Positions 36,350-49,957 of a stretch of 64,000 nucleotides of DNA are shown piece by piece (within the stretch, counting starts at the first letter, position 1; each line of letters opens with the position of its first letter). The stretch lies in contig CM082576.2 of the NCBI GenBank assembly GCA_040954595.2, positions 418,548 to 482,547 of the forward strand. Direction: 5' to 3'. The notes beneath the pieces were generated by a model. It saw nothing but the letters and a program-made list of their open reading frames with translations. It did not search any database and was not told where the DNA came from. The stretch is from Balanoglossus misakiensis. Its lineage: Eukaryota > Animalia > Hemichordata. Both the position numbers and the translations under genes were made by a program.

Positions 36350-38846
36350 CATTTGCTTGTTTTGCAGATCCAGAGACGAGATCAACTCATAATGGTATTC
36401 ATCAACCAAGCTTGGGCCTAAGTGAATAGTTTTCCGCGATGCAGCAGTAGAGCTGGGTGCGGTAAGGGCAGTATGTTCAATGGCTGAACGAAGACCAGGG
36501 GTTTCAAGCAAGGTTTGACAAGCGATATAGACAAAGCCCCATTTATCATGGTGGATATTTTGAATATTTTGTATCGATTCAGACTGGTGCCGTTACCCAG
36601 TCAAGCGCAATGATTTTGCACAAACCTGCATGTAACAATATGAACCCAGTCCTTTATGTGGATGTCAATTCAACGTTTTAAAACCGACCTGACCGCTGGA
36701 TGCATGAGGTGGACATTTTGTTTTTGCACAAACGTGTTCGCCATCTTTGAAGGAGACATTCCATTTACACACTCTTTATTTATTCCAGGGATCCCATAGA
36801 TGATGCTAAGATGATTGCCAGCCTGTGTGATTGATGTCCAGAGATTACTGCATGTTTGCGGGAAGGTAAGAATTGTGGGAAAGAAAACTGAAGCAGTGAC
36901 GGAGACAATACATAGTAAGGGTGTGGGTGGGTGGGGTGTGTGGTACGTTGTTCACAATTTCCAGGAGTTGTCAGTTTAACTAAGTACAATTATAAGCTTA
37001 TATGGGCAGATCTCTATCGTTGTTGCAGTAAAATTTAACCAAGGTGCCAAATAGGGAGTGAAATTCCAATCAGCCATACAGATTTGAATGATGTACCATC
37101 TGCGAATGAACAACAATTGGCGTTCAGTGGTGATCATGCTTTGTTTCATGTCCATGGATTTTAGACATTCATTTCTACTTTGCTTGCTTTGCAGATCCAG
37201 AGACGAGATCAACTCATAATGGTATTCATCAACCAAGCTTGGGCATAAGTGAATAGTTTTTCGCCATGCAGCAGTAGAGCTGGGTGCGGTAAGGGCAGTA
37301 TGTTCAATGGCTGAACGAAGACCAGGGGTTTCAAGCAAGGTTTGACAAGCGATATAGACAAAGCCCCATTTATCATGGTGGATATTTTGAATATTTTGTA
37401 TCGATTCAGACTGGTGCCGTTACCCAGTCAAGCGCAATGATTTTGCACAAACCTGCATGTAACAATATGAACCCAGTCCTTTATGTGGATGTCAATTCAA
37501 CGTTTTAAAACCGACCTGACCGCTGGATGCATGAGGTGGACATTTTGTTTTTGCACAAACGTGTTCGCCATCTTTGAAGGAGACATTCCATTTACACACT
37601 CTTTATTTATTCCAGGGATCCCATAGATGATGCTAAGATGATTGCCAGCCTGTGTGATTGATGTCCAGAGATTACTGCATGTTTGCGGGAAGGTAAGAAT
37701 TGTGGGAAAGAAAACTGAAGCAGTGACGGAGACAATACATAGTAAGGGTGTGGGTGGGTGGGGTGTGTGGTACGTTGTTCACAATTTCCGGGAGTTGTCA
37801 GTTTAACTAAGTACAATTATAAGCTTATATGGGCAGATCTCTATCGTTGTTGCAGTAAAATTTAACCAAGGTGCCAAATAGGGAGTGAAATTCCAATCAG
37901 CCATACAGATTTGAATGATGTACCATCTGCGAATGAACAACAATTGGCGTTCAGTGGTGATCATGCTTTGTTTCATGTCCATGGATATTAGACATTCATT
38001 TCTACTTTGCTTGTTTTGCAGATCCAGAGACGAGATCAACTCATAATGGTATTCATCAACCAAGCTTGGGCATAAGTGAATAGTTTTTCGCCATGCAGCA
38101 GTAGAGCTGGGTGCGGTAAGGGCAGTATGTTCAATGGCTGAACGAAGACCAGGGGTTTCAAGCAAGGTTTGACAAGCGATATAGACAAAGCCCCATTTAT
38201 CATGGTGGATATTTTGAATATTTTGTATCGATTCAGACTGGTGCCGTTACCCAGTCAAGCGCAATGATTTTGCACAAACCTGCATGTAACAATATGAACC
38301 CAGTCCTTTATGTGGATGTCAATTCAACGTTTTAAAACCGACCTGACCGCTGGATGCATGAGGTGGACATTTTGTTTTTGCACAAACGTGTTCGCCATCT
38401 TTGAAGGAGACATTCCATTTACACACTCTTTATTTATTCCAGGGATCCCATAGATGATGCTAAGATGATTGCCAGCCTGTGTGATTGATGTCCAGAGATT
38501 ACTGCATGGTTGCGGGAAGGTAAGAATTGTGGGAAAGAAAACTGAAGCAGTGACGGAGACAATACATAGTAAGGGTGTGTGTGGGTGGGGTGTGTGGTTG
38601 TTCACAATTTCCAGGAGTTGTCAGTTTAACTAAGTACAATTATAAGCTTATATGGGCAGATCTCTATCGTTGTTGCAGTAAAATTTAACCAAGGTGCCAA
38701 ATAGGGAGTGAAATTCCAGGCAGCCATACAGATTTGAATGATGTACCATCTGCGAATGAACAACAATTGGCGTTCAGTGGTGATCATGCTTTGTTTCATG
38801 TCCATGGATATTAGACATTCATTTCTACTTTGCTTGTTTTGCAGAT
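36350..38846. repeat. Near-identical tandem triplication, ~827-bp unit, with diverged partial copies on both flanks
   Basis: Identical ORFs at 36780/37607 and near-identical ORFs at 36976/37803 are offset by 827; the third unit is ~823. Unit starts TTGCTTGTTTTGCAGATCCAGAGACGAG. Confidence 0.93.
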
Positions 38847-39776
38847 GCAAAGACTAGATGGGTATCCGGCAACCAAGCTGGGGACGAAGTGTCCATTTTC
38901 CGCGATGCAGCAGTAACTGTTACTGGCTGTCTGCAGTGACCGCCTAAAATCTAATGACAATAGTATTTCCATTGATGTTTACCAAGTGATATACTTGCAA
39001 GCTTCTTTTTCATATTGTAAGTATACAGATAATACTGTATACATGTATCCTCTTTTCTTTATGGATTTAAAACTTTGAAATTAAAATTTTCAATGAACTA
39101 GATTAAAATGAAATAAATGTGTCTGTATCATTTTATTACCCCAACCCTGCCTTGATGCTGAGATTGTCCCATTGAAACTCGAAAGCGTCAGGTTTGCAAC
39201 TATTATAGATACTAACATATGCAAAGAAGGTGGAAAATCGTCACAATTTGGCAAATTAATTCTATTCTCGTAATTGGCCATAGCAACTGAGACCTTGGTC
39301 TTTGCTCCCCATACTGACGCTCATGAAATTCAAAAGTAGGCTTAAGATCACCTGTAAACATGGAAACAAATTCTGGAAGTTTGACCTGTTTTCTGAATTT
39401 GCTAAAATGTTTAACATTGTGTCAAAACTTGCCACAAATCCAAAGTCTGTTCGTACTCTTTCTATTTTCCCAAGTAACCATATACTTGTACACTACAGAA
39501 GCCGAGACGGGGCGAAAAAAAATTGTCGTTGAATGTTTAAATGAGGTAGCAGTTTGCACTCTATGCAAAGTACCTGCGAAGTTTAATCCAATTTAGTTAT
39601 TTGTAAGGTATACAAACTAAACATGTAAATTGATTACTAAATTTGCATTCCGTGTCCTCCAAAGTTTAGATATAGCAATAACACAGTAAAGAACGCCACT
39701 TAAAAAGAACATTTTTCCTGACTTGATAATTAATCAGGTCCCAGCTCCCCCGCAATGCACCTAAGTGTCTGAGCTC

Positions 39777-40381
39777 AGGAAATTTCTTAACAAAGCAACA
39801 CGTCAAACAGTGATTCATGCTATTTTGGCAGCGAAACTCGACTATGGTAATGCATTACTGTATGGTCTACCAGAAAGCAGTCTGAACCTTCTACAACGCA
39901 CACAAAATACAGCTGCAAGAATCATAACTCGGTCCAGGAAGTCTGCCCATATAACGCCAGTTCTTCAACTTCTTCATTGGTTACCAGTTCGCCACAGGAT
40001 AGAGTATAAAATTAATCTGCTCACATACAAAGCCTTAAATAATCTCGCTCCGAACTATATCCGCGATCTCATTCGGACATATTCTCCTGGTCGCAGGCTT
40101 CGTTCAGCTAATAAGAGCCTTTTATGCACTACAATGTACAAACGTTCTTCATACGGTGGCCGAGCATTCTCACATGCTGCACCGAAACTGTGGAACTCTC
40201 TGCCACAAGACATTCGTCAAGCTCCAAGTTTGAGTATCCTTAAGAAAAGACTGAAGACGCATTATTTCCAAGAGCATATGGTGTGGGCCAATGAGCACAA
40301 GCGCCTTTGAGTATGACACTTGTTATAGATACTGGCGCTATACAAATTTCTCTGATTGATTGATTGATTGATTGATTGATT
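39777..40381 (+). mobile_element. 5'-truncated L2-clade (CR1/L2 group) LINE: C-terminal ORF2 region, 3' UTR, (GATT)n tail, 7-bp TSD TGAGCTC
   Basis: ORF 39765-40310 has LDYGNALLYGLP, LQRTQNTAARII, HITPVLQLLHWLPV..RI.YK and RAFS.AAPKLWNSLP motifs. The 3' UTR has AAGCGCC...GGCGCTATACAAAT. TGAGCTC lies at 39770-39776 and 40382-40388. Confidence 0.92.
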
Positions 40382-40675
40382 TGAGCTCCTAATCCTAATT
40401 AGTGATTTCAATAGAAAGCGATGGGAGAGGCGAAGGGCAAACTTTGACGTACGTCGCTGAGGGCGCCATAATATTCATCACTACTGCAGCAGAAAGTTCA
40501 GTGTTTGCTGAAAGGGGTTTTCCGGCAACATTTTCTCTGAATCGACATTCGCTGAGAAAACGGTGACAAGCGATCTATCTAAAATTTGGTCCAGTATTTG
40601 TGTGTTGTTTACACAGAATTGCTTGACACAACGTTCATTTGGGTGGCAGGGGCTACTTGGTTATCTGCGAGAGAA

Positions 40676-41057
40676 AGATGAAAATCATGGGTTTTCATGG
40701 GTTATTATAACTCTTGAAAATTGCCAAAAATGACGATTTCCCGACTTTGCCAACTTTTGTGTTTTTGTCGTTTCTCGACGCTTTTCATGGGTTATACCTC
40801 ATGAAAAGTGCCAAAAATGACGATTTCCCGACTTTGCCAACTTTTGTGTTTTTGTCGTTTTTTGACGTTTTTCATGGGTTATAGCTCATGAAAAGCGTCA
40901 AAAATGACGATTTCCCGACATTGACAACTTTTGTGTTTTTGTCGTTTCTCGACGCTTTTCATGGGCTATAGCTCATGGAAAGTGCCAAAAATAACGATTT
41001 CCCGACTTTGCCAACTTTTGTGTTTTTGTCGTTTCTCGACGCTTTTCATGGGTTAGC
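40676..41057 (+). repeat. Outlier block of ~4 diverged copies of the 87-bp satellite family
   Basis: CATGGG(T/C)TA at 40786, 40873, 40960 and 41048; shares CATGGGTTATAGCTCATGAAAA, AAAATGAC and CGACTTTGCC with the main array. Confidence 0.88.
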
Positions 41058-44000
41058 CTATGCATTAAAAAATAAATCACAAAATTCTCATTTTTAGAGT
41101 ATATAATGAAACCGAACCGGTGGACCTAAAGTGAATTTTATGTATTTCACTACCCTCGCCTCAAATAAATATCTCTAATTTTCTAGGGTCTGCGAACTTG
41201 AATGGTTTGCGAAATTGTAAGAGGAACCTAACATCTCACTTTACCGATGAGGGCGGGCCACCATCGACAACCATGTGAACCGCTATTCTCGAAACAATAC
41301 TTGACAGTGAAGTGGACTTTAAAACCAGCCCCAATAACGGAAAAACCGAAGCAACTCTCGCTGCACTGATTCGCTTTCACCATACATGAGCCATATTTCA
41401 CCGCTAGAGGGCTCTTTTGTTGTAGTACATTGCCAGATCCCTTCTGGTCTTTACTTTTCTGCAAATATCAAAGATACCGAGAAATGTCGGCAAAACCTCT
41501 TTGCGGAGAGGGCATTAGGAGAAAAGTAATTAAGCGCTCATTAAATGCACATGAATATCCTGTAAACGATGTTACTCCACCAATTAGGATAAACCTATGT
41601 CTCGTGGATGTAACGAGCCTTCCATACATTTGCCAATTTAAATTCTTCTGTAGTGGTCATTGCGTCGCCACGCGAGGCTGAAACGCTAATCCCCGTTTTG
41701 ATGTTATACAGTTTGCCGCCCAGGCGCAGTCGATTTTCACTAGGTAACGGAGTCGCGAGCCAGCGATTCTCGTTTCAGCGTGATTGCACGAGACTTATTG
41801 CGCCCTTTAGGTTGCATAGATGTAAAGTGTATTTAATCTTTTGAATTAAGGGCTGTGTTGATTTTAAGTGGAAACATATTTAACCGGAGAATTGCATGAG
41901 GTATTCTCTCCTTTAAATAAAACGATAGATACGGTAGTGTTCGACTCGGAGTCAATTGTCATAACAAAGTCTCTCAACAAAAGATGTTTTCAAAGCGACA
42001 TCAGAAAGGCATTGAAAAGAAGTAGAGAGATGCTCCTAGCTACCACCAGAAAAGAGATACAAAAACAATAATCATAATAAAAAGTCAATAAAATCTTCGG
42101 AAATTGAAGGATTTCCTGTTTTGTTAATGGACGCTGGAGAGGAAGACAGAAACAGAGTGAAGAAGGCTACTTTCTTCTTCATCGATTAAAACCACCTCCT
42201 GTGATTAAAAGCAATTTCCACACAAATCATCGCAATTTATTTGTGAAAATAAAAAAATAGACGAGAAAACACGTTCTATCTGCCCGAGGGGAGTTTTTCA
42301 AGGTATGTTATGATGCGCCATCATAAATATAGATTGGTGGGTGGAGTATATCTGACAGTATGAATGTGTCAAAACTGATTCAATCACGATTTTGATGCGG
42401 TAACTAATTGTCTCTAATAGCATGTTATTGTTATGCGAGCTTCTTGTCACTGCTGGTTTTATTTTCAATTTTCAAATGCATAAAAACCGTAAAATTATCT
42501 ACAATTTATTAATTGAACGAATTGATCTTAATTACTGGTGAGTTGTCACAAGTTGCTGTCTTCATCGTGACAAACATCGGTTATCTGCTTTTTAAAATGG
42601 ATAGACGTTAATACTCGAATTTTCATATAATATAATTTTAGTTTGATCCGTCTTTTATTCTGTTGTGGTCAGATTATCACTAATTAATATTTGCCTGGTC
42701 TTATTTTCATTGATAAAAATATTTTCCTCGCTTATTATTAGTTTGGCCTAGACAATGGGATAAAGTTGGGATTAACGTTTGCACGGATCTAGATAGCCCG
42801 GCAACAGGTTCCAATGTGATGTCAACCACTGGTCTTGTAACCGACGCCCGTTTTGGTTGTCAAGGTAACAAAGTTGATTCTATTGATCGCTCACATTAGA
42901 TCTGACGAGTAAACACTGACTAAACAGCCTTTCTGACACGTCATTTATCATCCATCACCCATGGTTCCTTGCGAAAGAAAAATTCAAACTTTGTTGAGGT
43001 GTATAGTGACAGCTGAGATAAGAATCTTTTAGTTCGGGCGGGTTTCGGGCGGGTTCGCATCAACGATTATCAAATCTAGTTACAACCTCCCGTAGCATTA
43101 AAGGTGGCATGCATTCCAACCTCAAAATTTTGACAGAAACAACGCGACGTCAATTTAGAAAGCCTCCATTCTAAATTTTCAAGGACACCCCAATGAATGT
43201 ACAACCGTCGTTTTCATTCTGAAATATAGTTTGCTTTTATGAAAAGGGAGTTCTCCGTCACCTGAATAAAAAAAAATCTTGCGAAGATCAACGCGGGTAG
43301 AAGATTTTATTATGAAATTTGGTGTTGAAACATTGGTTGGTTGTAATACAAGATGAAACGGATGATATTGCCTTGCGAAAATATACATCTTCGTGTCAGA
43401 AGTTATGTTTCTTGTTTCGTCAAAGATTTAAAGTTGGCGGGCCTAACAATCACGTGACTTTGAGTCAGTTCGAGGAAATATTCATTTCCAAATCAATCAA
43501 CTTGGCAATATCGTTTGTGATCACAGGAAAATGTGGTTGGGTCCCCTTTTTATTTATTAATAAAATAATCTCTTCAAGGAATACAAATATGGGTAACTAT
43601 CAGGTCAGCGTTTGTTTGAAAGGCGCAGCTCTTCTGAGAACAATTTTCTGTAAGCCGAGAGCTACACGAGCAGACACGAATGATTCCGCTCACTGTACCG
43701 ACGGCCGAAACAATTCCTGACTCTGTTGTGTACGCCAATATTAGTCTTCAACTGACAGTGAGTGGGGCGAGCGGCTAATTTCCGTGCTGTTTAAAGTTCA
43801 AAACCGACATTTGGCAATTCAACGAACGGGTAACAGCGTGCATGTTCCAGAAACGAGAACAAACAGACCTTCACGACCAGGATGTTGAATGGATTCCATA
43901 CTAAACAATAGCAACCGAACTTGAACTTCAAGTGTTTCCATGTTTCAATTCAAACGTCACAAAAAGGCAAGCTTTCTTAAAGTCCTTACCGGTCGTCGAC

Positions 44001-47000
44001 CGCAAAAGGCTTCTTTCCAGTGTACATTCTAATTTTGAAAGCAAATACGGCTTCAAATCACGACATCCACAAATTATCAAATACTTATTGTATGAACCAA
44101 TATTTAGTCTAGGTCACGTGACTGGAAAGTACATTAACTCAACCGGTGTGTTTAAGAAATGGAGATTGGAAAATTCATAAGGACACTAATTATTTGCACC
44201 ATGTACAGGGAGAAATGTTAAGACTCGTTCTTTCATTAAACTTTGATTCAGCTTGGATGCGGTTAGTAACATTTCTGAAACGTTATTTTAAAAGGTGCGA
44301 ATGAAAATAATATCCCAATGGCTAGTATCCAAGGGTTTTCTTTTCTTGTTCGAATGTGATATTCTCTTATACTGTAATCTGACGGAAGGGAGTGTTTGTC
44401 TAGTCAGTAATTTCCGAATAGTAATGAACACATTTTCAATGTTTATGTCAGTTTGGGCTGAAGTTAGGTCAAATTGCCGGGTAAGTCCGTCGCGCAGCCG
44501 CGTAACGGTTATGGGCTGAATTGTTAAAAATGAAAACCGAATGTATTCTGCTTGGCAGTTGAACACATACAAACAGCTAGGTTCTGCATTTGACTAAGAG
44601 TCGAGACGAAGTTCTGCAGCATATCGCGATCGCTGATTTAAAGAACTCCCGGAAAAATCTTTGAAGTAGCGATGTGTAAAGGGGAAAATCCCAAAGATGT
44701 TTCAACACATTCTACCTGGATGTTATGTGTTAATGCCTGGTGATAAAATCTCATCGCTTGTCTTTTTTCATGATGCGCTCTTTGAAGCAGACCTCAAGAC
44801 ATTTTAGGCACATTTTTCACATTGCCGGTCATCCAAACAAATTCCTTCCAGTTCAAGATAAAGATGGTGATAAACGCCCACCTTTTGTTCCCGCCTTTAT
44901 CTGGAGAAATAACAAATACTGCCCACTTTTCCGTTTTTTTGTTTCTCATATTCTATGCCTAAGTAACGAAAATTGCCTACCATGGAATTATTTACATTCG
45001 GTCTCTAACATCCTGCGCTCGGTGTAATTACATGAAAAGTGTTCAAACTTTGGGGGAAATTTTCCCCCAGCTTTGTGGAGCATGAACGTTTTCTCTTTGA
45101 TGTGGCTTGTTGCAATCGATACGCGAGTTCCACCTGGATGTTCGTTTCTCGACTTGAATATTTTTTTCACGGACGGTAGCTGTGTTTGGGCGTTGCGTCG
45201 GCAGCTCCTTAGTTTGTGCGAGACAGGTAGGTATAGAAAAGAACACTACACGAACAAACGGCATAAGTGCACGTAATGGCCTTCTAGTGGCAATACCTGC
45301 CAGGTCACGCAATTACAGTGAAACTCGACACGGCCAATCCAGCGAGCAGCATTCTTTACCCACAAAACCTTAACAAACAGACAAATGGTTTTAGTGGCCG
45401 GACATTTTGCAGCACAAAGGGCCAACAAGCTGCACTCACTGGTAATACGTAGAGCCGGTGTTTGCGCAGCCAATTGTGCCGAACCCCTCGCTTTCAAGTA
45501 AACACTCCAGTGCTTGAGTAAAACACGCGCAATACGTTGAGTCTCGTCCTACCTTCCTGAAACGTTCATCTTTGGAAAGACAGAGGACAGAAAAAATGTC
45601 CTCTCCAGTTCTCAATATCTGAAGCATCGTAATTGACTCCCCTTTCACTTGTAACATATTGGGTGATCGTTTTGCCTGTAAGTTGGGAAAGATGCCCAAA
45701 ATGATCAAACTTGAAGTTGTCACATCAATGTCTGTATAGAATTCGCTTGCCTTCCAGCGTTCCACTTAGACTGAAACGGACAGATTCCAAGATAAAAATC
45801 TCTACCTCTACTCCAGTCAAAAGCAGTTTCGAAACATTATATGCCAACAGTGCGCGTACGGTTTATCGGACTAAATTCAGGGTCATCAGTAACGCTGTTA
45901 ACAGCAGAACGCTATTGGTTCCCCCTCAATAACTGCTAATATACCGTTTCTACACCACTTTAAACTATTATTATCCTTTCCCTGGTAGCGTCTATGCCTT
46001 GCGTGCACCCTTGCGTGCACTGGCTGATAACATCAAAAGTTACACCTGGCGCTCGTCGGAGCACACTTGAAAGTGACGTGGGTTTGTGTGATCCATCTCT
46101 ATCGCGATCGGGTGGGGCGGATATTGCTTCTTAAGTGCACGGCAATGAGAAAATAAAAACGAGTGTAAAGAAATCGAAGAAAAAAACGGGAGACGGACAG
46201 TTTTCTTATCTTCTTGAATCTGTAAAGCACATAACTGTAAGATGCATTCGGATGGTTTCAAATTACCCCCTCGGTACATTCATCATCGTCATTCTTTTTA
46301 AAAAGAATTCTTTAAGCCTTGTTTTAAAACAGTGTTTGAGCCGGTGTTTCGAATTCCTTGACAACCACTGAAGTTACTGTCCCCAGCCACTCAATTGTCA
46401 TCTGTGGCCGCTAATGGTCGCTAACAACATTAGGCAACATTTTCTATGCAATCGCCACGCAATTTCGATGAAAAGAGAAAAAGAGAAAAATCTCAAAAAT
46501 TGTCTTCATGTGTTGAATTCACGACAGCGTGCAGGAAAAGAACTATAGATGAACTCTATAGTATAACATTTTAAGAATCAATCATCGCAAAGATGGTTGG
46601 ATGGAATAGTGTGGACCATGAAAACAGTTCGACCGAACTGGAAAATAAACCATAACACTGGCATAGAAATTGTTCAGATATCAAACGACGCTGGTTATTT
46701 TATTTTAAAAATTCTGTCGTTGGTGAGAATATTTTTAATTAATTCGCCAGGAAACATTTTTTTTATTCTTGTACCTTCAATCGAATACAGTCTGTGCGCA
46801 CGAACAGAAGCATACGTGATATGGCGGGTTGATAAAGCCTTTACTATACATGATACTTCGCCCTTTTCTTCTTAATATTGGCCTATTTTTCATTTCCATC
46901 TTTTGATTGACTGAATTCAAATACAAAGGTAAAACTATCGTGGCGATTAAGTCGGGTGATTTAGCTTTGAACACGATGCAGTTGTCGACACAACAAAATG

Positions 47001-49487
47001 TAAATCTCCTTCTATTTGATTTCGATGTGTCACATCCGTCGTCGGGTTGCTAGTAGACAAGCCCTGAAAGGTCGTAGGCAAACTGTTAATTTTCCGTTTC
47101 CAAATTAATATGAACAATAAACAAAGAAGATGTCATTCTCTTTTATCGCAAGAAACCCTGTGTTTGCATCCAATAGTATCTAAGCATAAAGTTACTTTAC
47201 TCCAGGAAATGAGTCTTTTCGCAGGGCTTCACATCAGAGTCCCAGTCATATTACAGATTCGCTAAGCGGAAAATTTGGCCACTGAGCCTCGATGTCGCTC
47301 CCACCTTGAGACCGTAAAATTAACGCGCATAATTTGTTATACATTGTTCTCTCCACTATTCAATTTTAATTCACCGTATCACAGATCAATCAAAACCTGA
47401 AACGATAATGTAGCCCAACGCGAGTTCACTAATCGATGCTGAATATAATATTATTAGCGACTCCAAGTCATAAATCTCGTCGTTTTTTCTATATTGTTTT
47501 ATTACATTTTAGTGACATATTAAAAGCGAGAAAGATACGCGGTAATGGAAATCGACATGGGTTATTGTTATGACGGCTACTAAGAGCAGCGTGAATGACT
47601 GTCTCGATTAACCTTCATAAAGTTCTATTTAGTATTTCAAAATGCGAAAGATCACCTCCATTGAACATTGATCAACTTCATTATCTTATCTCATCACCAA
47701 CAGTAATATTGCCAGTGTCATCGTTGTGTTTGAACCTCGCTGCTGGTTGGCGGCAACAAACACAATTTGATTCAGATACAAATAATAAACGTTGAACCCT
47801 ACCGACGACCGAATGACAGCTTTAGTTTTAACAAGTGATGAGCCTGTATTAATTTTACTGTGTGTGATGCGCTCGGTGTCTCGCTTGGGGCTTTGACATC
47901 ATGAGGTGAAATTCGTATGACGTCAAGGCCAAAATCGCGTGACTAAATATTTCAGGTTTTAATTTCGATCACTTTGTCAGAAGCCGTAAGGAAAACCTGA
48001 CAAGTCCGTCTCTCTTTAGTCTCTTGAATGCACGTTTGAAGCATCATTTCTCATCCACTAAGAGAGTCTCCTTGCTGTGCATTGGTTTCGCCTTCGGTTC
48101 AACTCGACGAAAATGCGATATACTTCACGTAAAACGTAGTGCCGTCTTCACATTTTATTAAGTACCGCAAATTGTGCAGTATTTCTCCGCGACCATGTCT
48201 ATAATACATGGATCAAAGCACTGGAGAAACATCGGCGAATTACGAAACAAATGACAGATTTTATTAAGAGACATGAATTCTATTCTTGTTTGAACGCCCA
48301 CAATTTAAGAGACTAAACGATGATATATGCGAATCCCTTCCCATCTGTGGTCATCATGGTTTAAAGGTTGCCTTGGTAGATAAACGGAGAAATCCTATAA
48401 ATACACAGCTTACAAGTCACTAAAATTATGATATAAAACGTTATCTGTCACCATGACAACGGTAAATCAGTAAGAGTGATTCCTTTTCTGATAGGCGAGC
48501 AATAACTGTGTTTGTCAGTGATACGGGTAACAGCAGTTGATGTTGGACAATAAAAGGGATTGACAATTTCATGCCACGAATCTGTGCGGTTAATTTTTAG
48601 ACAGGGGCATGGCCGAGTTGCGCAGTCAGATATTGCTGGACAAAGAGGGATATTCTGTAAGTCTAGAGACCGTCAGTAATAATGTGGAGACCTCTTACGC
48701 TGTGAGACTGAGACACCTTGGAAAAAGAAGAAACGCATAACACATGTCAGCACCTTTAACAATGGATGACTAGGGTAAACAATGAACTCGTCTATTTGGC
48801 AACTAGTGATATTACATCCGGGAATGTTATTTTACGATTCTGTTTCTTTCTGCTGGACAGGGTCGCGAACCTAGCCCAAGCAGAAATGTCAGACATCGCC
48901 GCCTGACTGCAAAATGAAGGTGCTCACAGTTCAACCTTCAAGAGACTATATCGAATGATAACTACCACGCAGACGGGCAGGCGCTGCAAAGGACTTCCTG
49001 AGGGATGTTTAATTTGTTTCGATTGACGTTTGTTTTTAGTCATCGTGACTTATCCATCACCGTCTCGCTTCCAGGTTGGCCGGTCAGTCAATAAACTTGG
49101 CTCCCTCACTCTTTGTCCTGAAACGCAAACGTAGTCGCTTATCCGATATAGAGACTGTACAGGCTCTGGCGACGCGTCTGCAATCGCGGCCGCAGATGCA
49201 TAGCTGCTGCGTTACAGCTTCAACTTGATCATGGATGCAAGTCAGGAGAATGATCCGGAATTAACCCGGAATATTTGATCACCGTTCTATGTGTTTACCT
49301 AGATAACTTATTGCGTGTAGTTTTACGGGACATTTGAACCATGAATAGCATGATCAAATAAACGGTGCTGAACTGTAACCCGCACATAAATTTACCTAAA
49401 TATCTAACGATTCGTTTTGCAGACGGGGACAAAACACTAATTACGATCAGAGAATTAGTAAGCTCGCATATGATAATAAGCATGTAC

Positions 49488-49772
<285 letters not shown>

Positions 49773-49799
49773 TGAATGGATGTATAGATGAATGGATAC

Positions 49800-49957
49800 G
49801 AAATTTTGAAACTTCGCAAAGTCGAAAAATAGTCATTTTGGGATGATTTTTATGAACTATAACCCATGATTTTTTTCAAAAAATGAAGAAATTTTGGACT
49901 TTCGCGAAGTCGAAAAATTGTCCTTTTTGGATGATTTTCATGAGCTATAACTCATGA
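49800..49957 (-). repeat. ~1.8 satellite monomers in inverted orientation at the array edge
   Basis: GGATGATTTTCATGAGCTATAAC is the reverse complement of the array consensus. Confidence 0.9.

Noticed and set aside
36780-38850. Repeated minus-strand ORFs (69 and 120 aa) as a gene family
   Set aside because: They recur only because of the 827-bp triplication; non-ATG starts, no domain, and splice signals point to the + strand.
41200-49300. Short ORFs (e.g. 41868-42071, 45436-45765) as exons of an nkx2-type or other gene
   Set aside because: No homeobox (WFQN) or other recognisable motif and no consistent exon chain.
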